This document shows, one piece after another, positions 41,501 to 54,800 of a stretch of DNA of 64,000 nt. The stretch comes from Hormiphora californensis. Lineage: Eukaryota > Animalia > Ctenophora. Location: NCBI GenBank assembly GCA_020137815.1, contig CM035350.1, positions 2,604,001 through 2,668,000 of the forward strand, written 5' to 3'. Both the position numbers and the translations under genes were made by a program. Below the pieces are notes generated by a model. It ran no database searches and had not been told where the DNA came from. It was given only the letters and a program-made list of their open reading frames with translations. The first letter of the stretch is position 1; every line of letters begins with the position of its first letter.

Positions 41501-42200
41501 TGAAAAATTAAATACTGGGTGAACGGAGACCGAGTAGAGTTGTACGTAATTTGAAATGGGGTAGACGAGTTGTGAAGCTAATTGAAATGGGTTGGATTAA
41601 AAAGGTTGTATACTATTGTGCGCCCTAAAACGGGCAAATTCAATATAATGAGCCGTGTTCAGTAGTCCATTTCTGTTATAACTACTAAGAACTGACTTTG
41701 ACTATCAGGCAACTCGGCAACCAGAAAGGAGGTGGATTGCTGTTTGGTTCAGTTCACAGACACAGAACAAAATGATACATAACGATTTCCGAATAACAAA
41801 ACCTAAACTAAAACTAAAAAGTACACCGAACAATAAATACTCATAAAACCTCAATAAAAGCGCGGTAAAGAAAAAAGATCGGCCACCACTTATTATTTTC
41901 TATATTCTTCTACTCTAGCCCTCATTCTCTCGTGCAGGGGGCCAGGACCTCTCCCCCTCCACTCCCCAGATGCGGGTCTCCTTCTCTCTCTTCTATGCAA
42001 AGGTTCGGGACTCATTTATTTCGCCAAGGCGTCTTCGTAAGAAAGGCCACGCACGTTGGCTAGACTATAAGGCTGGATATCTCATACTAAAGGCTCCAGG
42101 CTTGATTCAGATCACGAGGAAACTGACCTTCATATACTGTAGTCATTTATTCCTAGCAGAACTCACTCAAGGCAGGAACCTCATAGCACATACTCTGTCT
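32521..42200 (-). repeat. Noisy inverted copy of ~25935-32470 (mirror Helitron plus flank), likely artefactual
   Basis: Colinear mirror anchors: 32300/32775, 32130/33010, 31650/33650, 30960/34520, 30620/34890, 30380/35300, 29350/36930, 27145/40380, 26420/41570, 25960/42170. Differences are mostly small insertions. Confidence 0.9.
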
Positions 42201-42979
42201 TTCCTATCTTCCTTCTTGTTCCCCCCATCTTTCCTTCAATAGGCCCCCACCAACTGTACTAGCTTATTCTCCTTATTTTCTCTGTCATCATAGTGCAGTG
42301 ACCGCAATGTGAGACATGTACTCTACCAATGTCACGTGCTCCTATCTTAGAAGAAGAGAGAGAGGAAAGGGGAAGGGGTATAGAGAGAACCAAATGATAG
42401 AGCCAGAGGAACTCTGTTCAGCATAGAGAGAGAGAGAGAGGGAGAGAGATAGAGAGAGAGATAGAGAGAGGGAGGGAGAGAGAGATAGAGAGAGAGAAGA
42501 GAGGAAGGGAACAAAGCATAACAATGTTATCATTAGGATCTCTATCTATGTCATGTGTGATGTGCACGTCTGCAACTGTCTCCATTGTGTGCACTGTAGC
42601 ACCTCATGCAGCGTAGTACCCTAGGTAATTATCCCACCATATATTCCATCACATAGTCACATACATAGTGAAACTAGTATAGATGAAGAGAGCTGCAGTG
42701 CTAGGCACCATTTGATATTGCAGGAACGGTTGGGAGAAAGGAAGGAGAGATAGAATAGAGCTTTTGTTTAATAAAGAGTTGAGAAATGTTAGATAGTTCG
42801 TCGCGACTGGTGCAGTGGTGCACCCCTCCCTGCTGATCGGGTGAAATATCCTTGTTCAGCTGCAGTAGTACTGGAGACAATAGAATCTGGAAATAGCGAT
42901 CCCCCAATTGTTGGGTCAAACCTTTGTTTTCCTAAAATTGATAATCATTTGGAAGAAGGAAGTTGGGAGATAGAGAGAG

Positions 42980-43011
<32 letters not shown>

Positions 43012-43447
43012 GGGGGATGATCTGAAGCACTTGAGCATGTTTCTCCTTTGCACCTTTTTGTGTCATCTTGTGCACGTGGCTTGGCTGGCACCGCCGGGAC
43101 CCCACGGGGCGCGGAAACAAACTGTCAACAGACCTGCCGCTCTCTCTTTCTCTCTCTCTTTTTCCCTCCAATCTCTCTCTCTCTCTCTCTCTCTCTTTCC
43201 CTAAATTTAATCTCACAATCTCTCTTTTCCTGGCGCGCTAATAATACTCAATAGAACAATTCACAAGTGGGACAAGGTGTTGAAGAACAATGGCCGTTTC
43301 CTCAAACAAGTAGTTACCCTGCACACAATTACTTGATTTCAAAATCAATATAATCAATAAAGAGATCACCGTTCACACAGATTAAATTAACTTCCCCCTC
43401 CCCGCCCCACCACCCCGGATCACGTGATGCACATACAGTCCCCCCCC

Positions 43448-46400
43448 TCAAATCCCTCTATCATCATCACCACTATTGTCACTGTTCTCCTGATCCCCAT
43501 ATTGGTGTCCGGGAATATTGACAATGATGTCATATCTGAGGCACCGTGGTGGTGTGACTGGGGTGTTGGGAGGCACTCTGAGTCTCTCTCTGAAGGCATG
43601 CTGTGCTGCTATCTCCGCTACTATTTCTGCTCTTCGGCCCTGTAACGAGATTTGAATCAATGAATGGAGTTTAGAAAACATAAGAGACGATAACCTTGGG
43701 AAACTACCATAATAATAGGTTTAACTTTAGGTGAATAACCCCTGACTCCCCCTTCCCCCCTGACTGTCACACATTATACAATGGGGAGGGGCAATATCAC
43801 AACACAGTGTGACACAGTTCCAACCTAGGATCTTGAGTCCTAATATTACTAACAAGTTTTGTTTATCCTTTTCAGCTCTATATTTCTTTCTTTGGGAGAG
43901 AGAAAGAGAAAGAGAGGGGGGGTGACGCTACTATTCACTCAGCCCCTCCCACCCTCGACAAAACCAGGTCTAACTGCAATTTTACTCTGTTTACTAAGCT
44001 GCATGTCCGACTAAATTCCCACGGGGGATTGGGTAGAGAATAGAGAGAGTTGTGTCAAATCAAATCAAATACCTGGTGGTGGAACTGGTTGGATTGTTGA
44101 AGGTAGGCGGGGGCCAGGAACTGCCATGAGTCACACAGCCTGCAGGCTCGATAGAGGCCCAGGAGGACAAAAAAGGAAATGAAACCACCAAGAATGAGCC
44201 ACTCTAGCGATCCTGGGGAGGGTACCATTACTGTTTCTAGTCGGAATAACAAACAAGGCCCTTTTGGGATTTGATGAAAAACAAAAACTAAATCATAAAA
44301 CAATAGATCGGAGAGATTGAAAAAGTCGCTAACTGTGTAACCATTCATGGTCAAAGCATTAGCTGTATGGCAGCGCCAGACCCCGATTTGATTCTCGCGA
44401 CAGTGCGCTCAGATGGGGTCTGCGGCGCCAGACAGGGCATCTCTATTATAATTTGGAGATGAACGACGTCGAAGTGGTGGTCGTTCGTTCAGTGCGTTTC
44501 TACGCGACAGTGCTCCTTCATAAAACACTTCATGTACCCAAAGCTGTAAAGCTGCCATTCACACTTTTGGAACTTCCAGTGGAAGTTTGTTAATATATAT
44601 TAGAATGACTTTTAACATGCCAGTCCCCATAGTTACCAATTCAGTTGCCATGGTAACCGTGTTATTAACGTTGAAAGGGGCGAAAAGAACCACCCGGCTT
44701 CGCCGGTTGGGTTATCGAAAAGGCCTTACTTGAGGCGCACCCAATGGGTGCGCTAGTCTCTATCTCTATTATAATTTGGAGATGTCGCGTCGAAGTCGAA
44801 GTCGTTCGTTAAGCGGTATCTAAGCGACAGTGCTCCTTCATAAAACACTTTATGTGCCCAAAGCTGTAAAGCTGTTATTCACACTTTTCAAACTTCCAGT
44901 GGAAGTTTGTAAACATTTTCGAATGACTTTTAACATGCCAGTCTTCATGGTTACCAATTCAGTTGCCATGGCAACCGTGTTATTGACGTTGAAAGGGCGA
45001 AAAGAACCACCCGGCGAAGCCGGGTGGATAATCAAAAAGCCCTTACTTGAGGCGCACCCAATGGGTGCGCTAGTTATAGTATAATTTGGAGATGTCGAAG
45101 TCGAAGTCGTTCGTTCAGCGGTATCTAAGCGACAGACTGCTCCTTCATAAAACACTTCAATGTGCCCAAAGCTGTGAAGCTGTTGCTCACAGTTTGGAAC
45201 TTCCAGTGGAAGTTTGTTAATATTTTCGAATGACTTTTAACATGCCAGTCCCCGTAGTTACCAATTCAGTTGCCATGGCAACCGTTTTATAGACGTTGAA
45301 AGGGGCAAAAAGAACCACCCGGCGAAGCCGGGTGGGTTATCAAAAGCCCTTACTTGAGGCGCACCCAATGGGTGCGCTAGTTTATAATAATACTAATATG
45401 AACCTGGAGGTGTGTAATTAAGACCGGATGCCTGATCTCCAGTAAGACCTGCAGCTCCCTGGAGTAGGGGTTGTATAGCAGCAGGAGCGCGGGATCTGTT
45501 CGCCAGTACGCTACTAACGTCACACTCGGGACAGCTAGTGACGTGAATATTGAAAGTACAATATCCGGCTGCTGAAGATGGGCCGGACTACTACACAAGT
45601 AAACAACCAATCAGAACTCGTTATGTCACGTGACTGGTTATCAGCCAATCAGGGACCAGTATTTCCTGATTCGGTCGGTTCCTGCTGACTGACCGTGACA
45701 GATAAAGAATTGTAGCAAGTTGTTTAACGGCTGCTGACGATTGTCAATGCGAGTGCGGTTGTAACGTATGCTTTCGATTCATTCCTGTCTCTCCTGAATA
45801 CCAAATTGCGGTTTTTGTCTCTATTATTATCAAGCTCCCCCTTCTCTCTATCTCCCTGTATCTCTGTATTTCTATCTCTCCTAATCTCCCAACCTCATGT
45901 ACATTTCATGCCCTATTTCTAACTTCAGTACCACTACCGATGCAGTGTATGTGTGACGTGTGTGCTTGAGTGAGGAACATTCCTTAACAGAAATATTGCA
46001 ACGTAACCAAGCAATTAGCATACAAAGTATAGGCACATACAATTACAATACATGGCTACGTTATTAACACATGGTATTATTTGGGTTACGTGACTTGTAC
46101 ACCGCGGATATTATCATAATGACATAATGGTTCTATGTTATAATAGCGGTTGTCCGTTGTGCCTATGTCGTAAATTTTACCAATATAAATCCTAATTTCT
46201 AGGTTGTTACTCAACAAAATTGTTGTTACTCGACAAAATCTAGGTACATCTCAAAACCAGTCTAAAGCAAATCTAAGTCCAAAATCAAACCGACTTATTA
46301 TTCGGGAGATTGCCGGTGTAACCGCCCCCTCGAGGAGGGAACACAGATCTAGGTGGCGATGTGCCCAACAACTGGGGAGAGCTGTATACTGCTTGCCTAA

Positions 46401-46800
46401 CAACGCGTAGTATAATGCTGGTGAATATTAATATTCCAACTAGAACATGCGGCATGGAATGAACAAATCTCCTTCACTGTATATTACTGAGTGTGGCACA
46501 TTCCATGTGATGCATTATATTCAGTGCTCACTAACTAGCTGCCACAAGTCAATTGGTCTGTCCTATATATACCTACCTCAACGAGTCAGATAATAAACAA
46601 AGTAGTGGCGTAAGGACTGTAATCACACTGACTGCTTCACCAAACCTTGGTGACACAATTGCGAGATCGAAGTCGAGATCAAGTTCACACATATTACTCG
46701 TGAAGCAAGAATAGGTGGCAATGGTACCAACACCAAACCCTGTCTGGTGGTGTGCCTCAGACCCCACACAAAGGAGTGCTCGAAGATCGGTACCTCAGCA
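43448..46800 (-). CDS. Putative single-pass membrane protein, multi-exon; possible HYR/Sushi-like extracellular modules
   Basis: Phase-compatible exons ~45403-45572 (AAGYCTFNIHVTSCPEC...NYTPP), ~44073-44236 (TM WLILGGFISFFVLLGLY) and 43448-43639 (GRRAEIVAEIAAQH...*). A GTIATYSC segment lies near 46720. The 5' structure is unresolved. Confidence 0.45.
44440..45380 (+). mobile_element. Head-to-tail trimer of ~310-bp non-autonomous Helitrons
   Basis: Units 44440-44756, 44757-45073 and 45074-45380. The array starts A|TC and ends CTAG|T. Each unit ends with an ACCCGGCGAAGCCGGGT-type hairpin and then GCGCACCCAATGGGTGCGCTAG. Confidence 0.9.
45593..45684 (+). mobile_element. ~108-bp MITE, copy 3 (left end missing)
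   Basis: CACAAGTAAACAACCAATCAGAACTCG...TCGGTCGGTTCCTG. Confidence 0.82.
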
Positions 46801-47858
46801 CCAGAACCAAAAATACCTAAAGCTCTCCCGTCCCTAGGTAGACACTAGACATCCCCTACCCCCTTACCTGTACTTCTGGAGTTGAGCCCAAGGTCAAGGT
46901 AGGCAGGATGCTCGGTTCGATCTATCCTAGCGTGTTATCATACACTATATCTCAGATCCTTATTGGTTGCAATCCTTCAGTTCTGCTCATCGGCTATCGG
47001 TTGTTTGAATTCCTCTCAATAATTTGAGGGCGTGGCAACATACGTGGTCCTATAGGAGTGGAACCGCAAAAATGATTTCAGAGTCGATTCAGAATCCCGG
47101 TTTCAGATTATGAACCGGTGTGTGAAGAAAACAAAACGACTGGCAGTGGCAATGCAAATCGAATCACTGTGAACTGGCAATAGAAACAAATCACAGCTCT
47201 AAATGGGATAATATCGCATAAACTTGGAGCAAAAACTATAGAATTGGCAAGCAAACTGCTGTTGGAAGTTTCTATAGACACTTTAGACATGTCCCTGGCC
47301 TAGCTGGTAGACATGCTGTCAGCCTTGTTTCCTCTCTAATACCACAGAACAGTTGAAAATAGGAGGGTGGAAATGACGTGATCCAGACAACTTCAGGTAC
47401 AGTGTACCGCGGGACACTGCACTGTTAAACTGGTAAATTGTATTAGGATATATTCTGATACATTTCCAACCAATTATGTGACACGAGATTCCCGATATGT
47501 GTGCGCTGCAATGACGTGGATGTCCCATTATCAATGTGATAATGAAATGGGGACGATGGACAAAATGAACCAACCTGCTGGTTGAGTGATGTGTAGGTCG
47601 AGGGAGCCACCACCATCACCATATGTCGCCATGGTTTATCGGGAATCATATCGGATTATATATTTGGTATAAGCTGGGTTTCTTTCAGACTATACAAGTA
47701 TAAATACGGGTGGAGACACAACATGAAGTTGCCTGAATCCAAACTAAACAGCAGCAGCAGTATACCAGTTTGGTGAAGCTCTCTCAGATGCTAAATTAAC
47801 CCAGTAAACAGACATAGAAGTACGATGCCAACTCTATTATAGGAGACTTCAAAGCTAA

Positions 47859-47997
<139 letters not shown>

Positions 47998-48183
47998 AAG
48001 AGAGAAATGAACTAGGAGCTCACTTATAGCACAGTGTTGTTAGACGGCCGTCAACGCAAAACAATGTCGTGTCTGATTTCTCAATTGAAGACTGTGGAGT
48101 CCACAGTGTGGACTGGTGCTCCCTCTAATTCTCGGCTCCTCCCCTCCACAAGCATAAGACATGTATAAATCTCTCTCTCTCTC

Positions 48184-48234
<51 letters not shown>

Positions 48235-48747
48235 TGCTATCGTTCTTTCTCTATTTCGGGTACCTCTTCAAGCACTTTTGATTCTCACTCCACTACTCGT
48301 ACTCCCTTTCTCTTGACTAAGTGGAATGTACCGGTCACTAGCTAAACTATCTCCCTCTATCCGACCTTTTCGAGACACGGTCCAAGCACTTTCTTTTTGT
48401 AAAAGTTAAAATTCCACAACGAATACATACATTTCTTAACAAATTAGGTCTTGAGCCTTTTTTAGGCAGCACGTCATACACTTTACTTGGAAAGAATGCG
48501 ACTACAAAAGAGTTGTTAGACACCCAGGAAAATCGATTCCAAATCCGGGTCAAGTTCCTCGTTTCTAACTGAATCCCTATATCTAGATATACTGACATGT
48601 TCAACGTCCAGCTCAGAGGACTGAGACCGATGAAATCATACCACCAGGGTCTAAACTTCGTCGCAGTATCTAACTCTGTCATACTCTGACCACGGTTCTC
48701 GCGAAATGATAATAGATGCTCTGACAGATCTAACTAAGATGTAAGGT

Positions 48748-51148
48748 TCATTCGCTAACGTGTCCACTTCCCTCTCCTCCCTCAGGCTGGCCTTCCTCAT
48801 CTCTCCTGATACCTCCCTGAGATCTCTCCCTCCTTCGGATCCTCCGACTGTTCTCATAAATCAACCCCGGTCTCTTCCTAACGAACACCCTTTTCCGCTC
48901 CGCTGCTGCCGGATCTGGGGTGTTACCCTCACTTCGTACATGGGTCGGTGTCAAGATGTACGTGGTCTCTGTGGGATCGTCCACGGCGGTGTTTCCCGGT
49001 TCCGCTGACACGGGCCGTACACTCCGTTTGGGGTAGCGGGATCTGTCAAAGTAGAAGGTAGGTTTACCGGGTGTCGGGGAGTCTCGATATAGGTTTCTAC
49101 CGTTAAATGCCTCCAGCGGAATGTCTCGCTCCACAGAACTACCCCCTCCTAGACTTGGGCTGGAGAAGTACTTCTGGCTGGTCAGGTCTGAATTGGCCGT
49201 GTCTGGGCTGGGGGTGAAATCCACCCAATTGAAGTCGGGACCCCGGCCTCCCGGTGTAGATAGGGCGTTGTTGTTCTGTCGGTGGAAGACATACGGTGGC
49301 AGTTCTCTCCTCTTCCTCTTCTCCTCTTTCTCCACGTTCTTGATGTGCCAACTCAGGTCAGCAGCCGGGATGTGGTGGTGTTTGTACAGATCTGCTAGAC
49401 TCGGTGGCTTCATCACATTACCGGTCTGGTTAAAAAGGAACTTCCGAATCACCGGCTCGCTCAGAAGTATCGCTATTGCGGACACAAAGATACAGAGGAG
49501 TGCGAAGCTGTAGATCTTGAAGCTGATAGAGGTGAAGACAACAACAGCAGCGGCAGTAGCAGTTCCTATTTTCTGCATACAGATACCCAGGCCTACCCCG
49601 ACAGCTCTCACTTGGGTGTGATAGTAGACGGGCGTGTAGAGCCAGAGAGTTAGGTACCCCCCTCCCAAGAGGGCACGGGTCAGGAACAACTCTGAGTAGA
49701 ACAGGTAGAATGCGTAGGGGTGGGGTAGGATGCAGAAGTTCATGGCGTAGAAGAAGTAGGCCGCCAGGAAGAACGTAATAATGACGTAATTCATGGGCCC
49801 TGATTTCTTGCTCATCACGTAGGCCACAATGGATCCTGGGAAGGCACCCAGCACTGCGATGAGAATCAGAATGTAAGCCTGACTGCTGAGAGCTAAACAA
49901 TATGCATTGTCAGCTTCTGTCGTCGCCACTGTATACATAGTAGAGGCACCCAGATCAGAATGGTATGCGTGAGTGACCCCGTACTTTTTCTCAATGAACA
50001 GTTGGTAGTAGGTGCAGTAGTTGGATACAAACAGGTTGGATATGAGGTTGGTCCACCCTGAGAAGGTATACCCCACTCCGAAGGAGAGGGCCATGAAAGT
50101 TACAGTGACTTTGAGGTATGGCAACTTGAACAACTTCTCAATGGCACCACGATCGTAGAAATGTCCCTCACACAGGACATCGTAACTGGCCGTTTCCATC
50201 TTGTTCATCTCTATCACGTCCTTTATCCTCTTCACTGCCTTGTCTATCTGACCCGAGACTATGTAGTAACTGGGTGTTTCATACAGTGTGAAGGAAAGCA
50301 GAAAAGCAATGGCATTTGGTATGCAGATGATTAGGATGAAAATATGGTAGTTCAATCGATCCATCATATCAGCCATTGACCATCCATCTACCACCGCCAG
50401 TACTGTCCCAACACTCCAAAACAGGGAGAAAATGAAGAGAGACTTGAACCGGACATTCTTGGGGACAATCTCTGCCCAGTAAGTCAGGGTAATGGCAAAG
50501 GCACCTCCCAGGGAGAAACCCGCACAGCATCTGAGAATTATAAACACTAAGAAGGACCCTGAAAGGAACATCCAATGTCAAACGCCAGTGCTGTACCTAG
50601 CGCCGTTATTAGGCACACTTTTCGACCGTACTTATCGGCCAACACGCCAAACACTTGGGATCCAATTGCATATGTTAGGGCAGGGGAAGGCGGGTATCAT
50701 AAACCCCTCAAACTCGTCCAGACCCCACAGGCATGCGAGGGAGGGTTTGATCAGGGCGGCATATATCACCTCAATTACCATCTCGTATAAAGATGAAGAC
50801 AAAACACAGTGCATGGATGTACTGGTATCGTCCCATTCCCGAGAGGGAGAAAAACTCCGGTACAGTTATTTTGTAGTGGGGTATACTATGTAGGGCCTCT
50901 GGTGGGATACTGTCGACAAGATCACGACCACAGTCACACGACCCACTTCCTGCAGGACTATCAGGAGAGTCATCCCCCCTTTTGCAATCCCTTTTATGAA
51001 CCAAGACCGCTGATGCATTTGATGTTGTAGTGGATCTGTCCAGGGCAAGACCCGTAGGTCGGGCGAGTGGAGGTCCATCATCCGTCACTATTGGGTCCTG
51101 GGAGATGTCATAACGGGAGCTGGGCCCTGGTTGTGCCCCATCAGGCAT
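48748..51148 (-). CDS. MFS transporter, SVOP/SV2-like, apparently intronless, with at least three frameshifts in the 5' part
   Basis: Overlapping frames give GMGRYQY..., IKPSLACLWGL, FGVLADKYGRK (MFS motif A, ~50620-50655), then a 607-aa ORF with LRCCAGFSLGG, YWAEIVPKNVR, LYETPSYY and YTPVYYHTQVRAVGVG, followed by a long disordered tail. Confidence 0.85.
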
Positions 51149-51323
51149 ACGTGGAGTTCACACGGTGAGCACCTCAGGTCTTCCTAGACAGCTAGAATCC
51201 TGGAGTAATATTGGATTTTAAGTTGCTACTGATCAAACTAGTATTGGTAACTAAACAAGAGTTGGAATCTTTTGTGTAACAAGTAGTATAGACACAAACA
51301 CAAAACTGAGAGAGAGAGAGAGA

Positions 51324-51362
<39 letters not shown>

Positions 51363-51842
51363 TACGGACATACACACTAGCCGCAGTATTCGCTTGGTTT
51401 ACATCAAGAGCACATATGGATGGCTGATTTACACTTGGAATTGGCGTCAAACAAGTCAAACATTTCATGCCTAATATCCCTGTGACATCAAATGAAGGTG
51501 ACATTTTTAGTCAAATGTATGAAAAACTGACTTTGTTATTGTAGCAGAATCATCGGCAGATATTTTTTTTTTCAGAGAAATGTCAAGACACGTAAATTAT
51601 GAATGATAATCAGTCGAAATTTATAAACACAAAACAGAAAAATTAAAAACGGTTTACAAAACCTCGTTATCTCCTACATATTATACCCTTGCTGCTTGTT
51701 GAGTTACCCCTTACTCAACAAGTTGCTACACATCTCCCTCACACACAGCTGGCCTCTGTAAGTCTGTGATATCGACAAGAATATCTAAGGGTGCAAACCA
51801 CACTCCACCTATCAACTAAACAAACATATACAACCCCTTTGA

Positions 51843-54800
51843 TCAAATATGCAGCTCTTTCTCCTGATCAAAGCTCCTATTCTGTATTACAGTGTTCTTG
51901 GTCTTCAGATTCTTCCTCTTCTCCTTGACTGACATGTTATCCCTTGAATCTTCACAGGACTCGAAGGGTAGGGGTGACTCAGATACGATTCCAATCCTAT
52001 CCGGGTCCTTAGGTCGGTAGTGCAGAATTGCAGAAGGATTCACGCCGACCTGAAATAGACATGGCGTGTTAGTTAGACATATAGGTGGAACTATGGGGGC
52101 TGAGAGAGAGATGTGGAATCAACATGCCAGTATTATGCCTGAATGCTTTAGTTTTCGGTCCTTCGTATTCAATCGAGGATTCCATTCTACAATTCTACAA
52201 ATATCTCAAGCTTATCAAAGGATATCAACTGGAATTGTTATGGAAAATGCTTCTATAGATTGCTTCACTAGATTAGTCGCTCAGAATATTGTTCGCGAGA
52301 AATCATTAGTCATTACACATGCAGATTCATATTGGTAAGCTAGAAGCTGTAGGATATAGCTAGAGTAGAGCTTTATTGAGGCTAGTGATACAGGGGCACA
52401 CAAGACTCATCGATTCTAAGAATGCCGCAATGATTATAGTCCCAATTTTTAGTGCTATGATCTGCCCAACATAGGGTGTATACTGCCCAACAGAGGGTGT
52501 ATACTGCCCAACATAGGGTGTATGCTGCCCAACATAGGGTGTATGCTGCCCAACATAGGGTTTATACTGCCCAACATAGGGTGTATGCTGCCCAACATAG
52601 GGTGTATGCTGCCCAACATAGGGTGTATACTGCCCAACATAGGGTGTATGCTGCCCAACATAGGGTGTATACTGCCCAACATAGGGTGTATGCTGCCCAA
52701 CATAGGGTGTATGCTGCCCAACATAGGGTTTATACTGCCCAACATAGGGTGTATGCTGCCCAACATAGGGTGTATGCTGCCCAACATAGGGTGTATACTG
52801 CCCAACATAGGGTGTATACTGCCCAACATAGGGTGTATGCTGCCCAACATAGGGTGTATACTGCCCGACATAGGGTGTATGCTGCCCAACATAGGGTGTA
52901 TACTGCCCAACATAGGGTGTATACTGCCCAACAGAGCTGGTGTATACTGCCCAACATAGGGTGTATGCTGCCCAACATAGGGTGTATGCTGCCCAACATA
53001 GGGTGTATGCTGCCCAACATAGGGTTTATACTGCCCAACATAGGGTGTATGCTGCCCAACATAGGGTGTATGCTGCCCAACATAGGGTGTATACTGCCCA
53101 ACATAGGGTGTATACTGCCCAACATAGGGTGTATGCTGCCCAACATAGGGTGTATACTGCCCAACATAGGGTGTATGCTGCCCAACATAGGGTGTATACT
53201 GCCCAACATAGGGTGTATACTGCCCAACAGAGCTGGTGTATACTGCCCAACATAGGGTGTATGCTGCCCAACATAGGGTGTATACTGCCCAACATAGGGT
53301 GTATACTGCCCAACATAGGGTGTATACTAGGGTGTGCTAAGTGAAAATTTTGTCGACTTGGCCAAAAGGTTAAGGGTAGATATGAAACTATGGACAATTG
53401 TCTACTACATCCTGAAAACGGAATTGGGATAGTGTATGTCAATTACGTGGGCCAGGCGATTAAAAAAGTTTACTTTTTTACCGAAAAAAGGAAAATATGT
53501 GTGTTTTACACCAGTGTTTGGCATGTTCTTGATATCAACTTTTTATGGTCAGGGTCGTGTTCAGCGGTTTGATACCGATCAGAATGGATGTGTATCATGA
53601 AAGTTAGCCAAAGGTCATTTTTGACCTGAAAATGTTCATTTTGGACCAAAAATGTTCATTTTTGACTAAAAATGTTCATTTTGGCCATTTTCTTCAATTT
53701 TGAGAGCTTTTTCATGAACGGGATCGTGTTCAGCAGGTCAAAAGTAGTCGGTTACAACCGGAATTTGGTTTTCGACAAATAAAATCTCAAAAAGTTAAAA
53801 TTCGTCTCAACTAATACTGCAATTAAAGTAGGAAAATGTGCAAGAAAAAAAGATGAAAAAAAAATAAAATTTTCATTATAAAATGGAGTTCTGAAGGTGC
53901 AGACTGGAAATAATGGTTGTACTGGTTCTCATGAGGCGATTCATATGTGTGGTTTTTTCGAAATAACGCCCCAAAAAACATTTTTTGATATGAATATGCC
54001 CATATATGGGCATACATCGGCCCACGTAATTGGGCCAGGGTAGGACTAAAATTTTTTTACCAAATGTTTTAGAATGATCGTAGGAACTCATTCTAGGGGT
54101 AAACTTTGTGAAAATTGGATTTGATTTATGAGTTGGGAAAAATATACACTGTATACTGCCCAACATAGGGTGTATACTGCCCAACATAGGGTGTATGCTG
54201 CCCAACATAGGGTGTATGCTGCCCAACATAGGGTGTATGCTGCCCAAAAGAACTGGTGTATTATAATGCTTTTACTCGCGTACATGTCTCACATGCCAGG
54301 TGTCATGGGTGTCTAGCTGGGTGCAGGCAGCGAGGATGCGCCCAATACCTCTCCAATGGAATGTGGTGGTGGCCCCAGTTTAGGGGGTACCGGGGAACAG
54401 GGACCAGTCCTGAGCTTCTCAACAATCTACAATATGGACAAATACTGAGATATCTGGTTAAATCTGGGGTTCATTTTACCGTTCCTGATCCTGATGTTTA
54501 TAAAGGATCACAAGAACTTGCACTCTGGCGATATTGAGTCAATATTATTCAGGAACCGACCGAATCAGGAAATACTGGTGCCTTATTGGCTGAAACCAGT
54601 CACGTGATCTAAATAACGAGTTCCGATTGGTTGTTTACTTGTTTCGGTCGGTTCCTGATATTATTGCCTTACCCTGGTTGAGGAATGACAGGTGAAGAGA
54701 AGGAGGGCAAGGAATGCAACGGCAAATATGAGGAGTCCAGCTAGGAGGCCCAGCTCTCGTCCACTCATCTTATCTGTGGGATCTATAACAGGGGCCTCAG

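Noticed and set aside
52455-53442. Long repetitive ORFs (MLGSIHP, YAAQHRV, LPNIGC)
   Set aside because: Translations of a 21-bp minisatellite open in several frames, lying in an intron.
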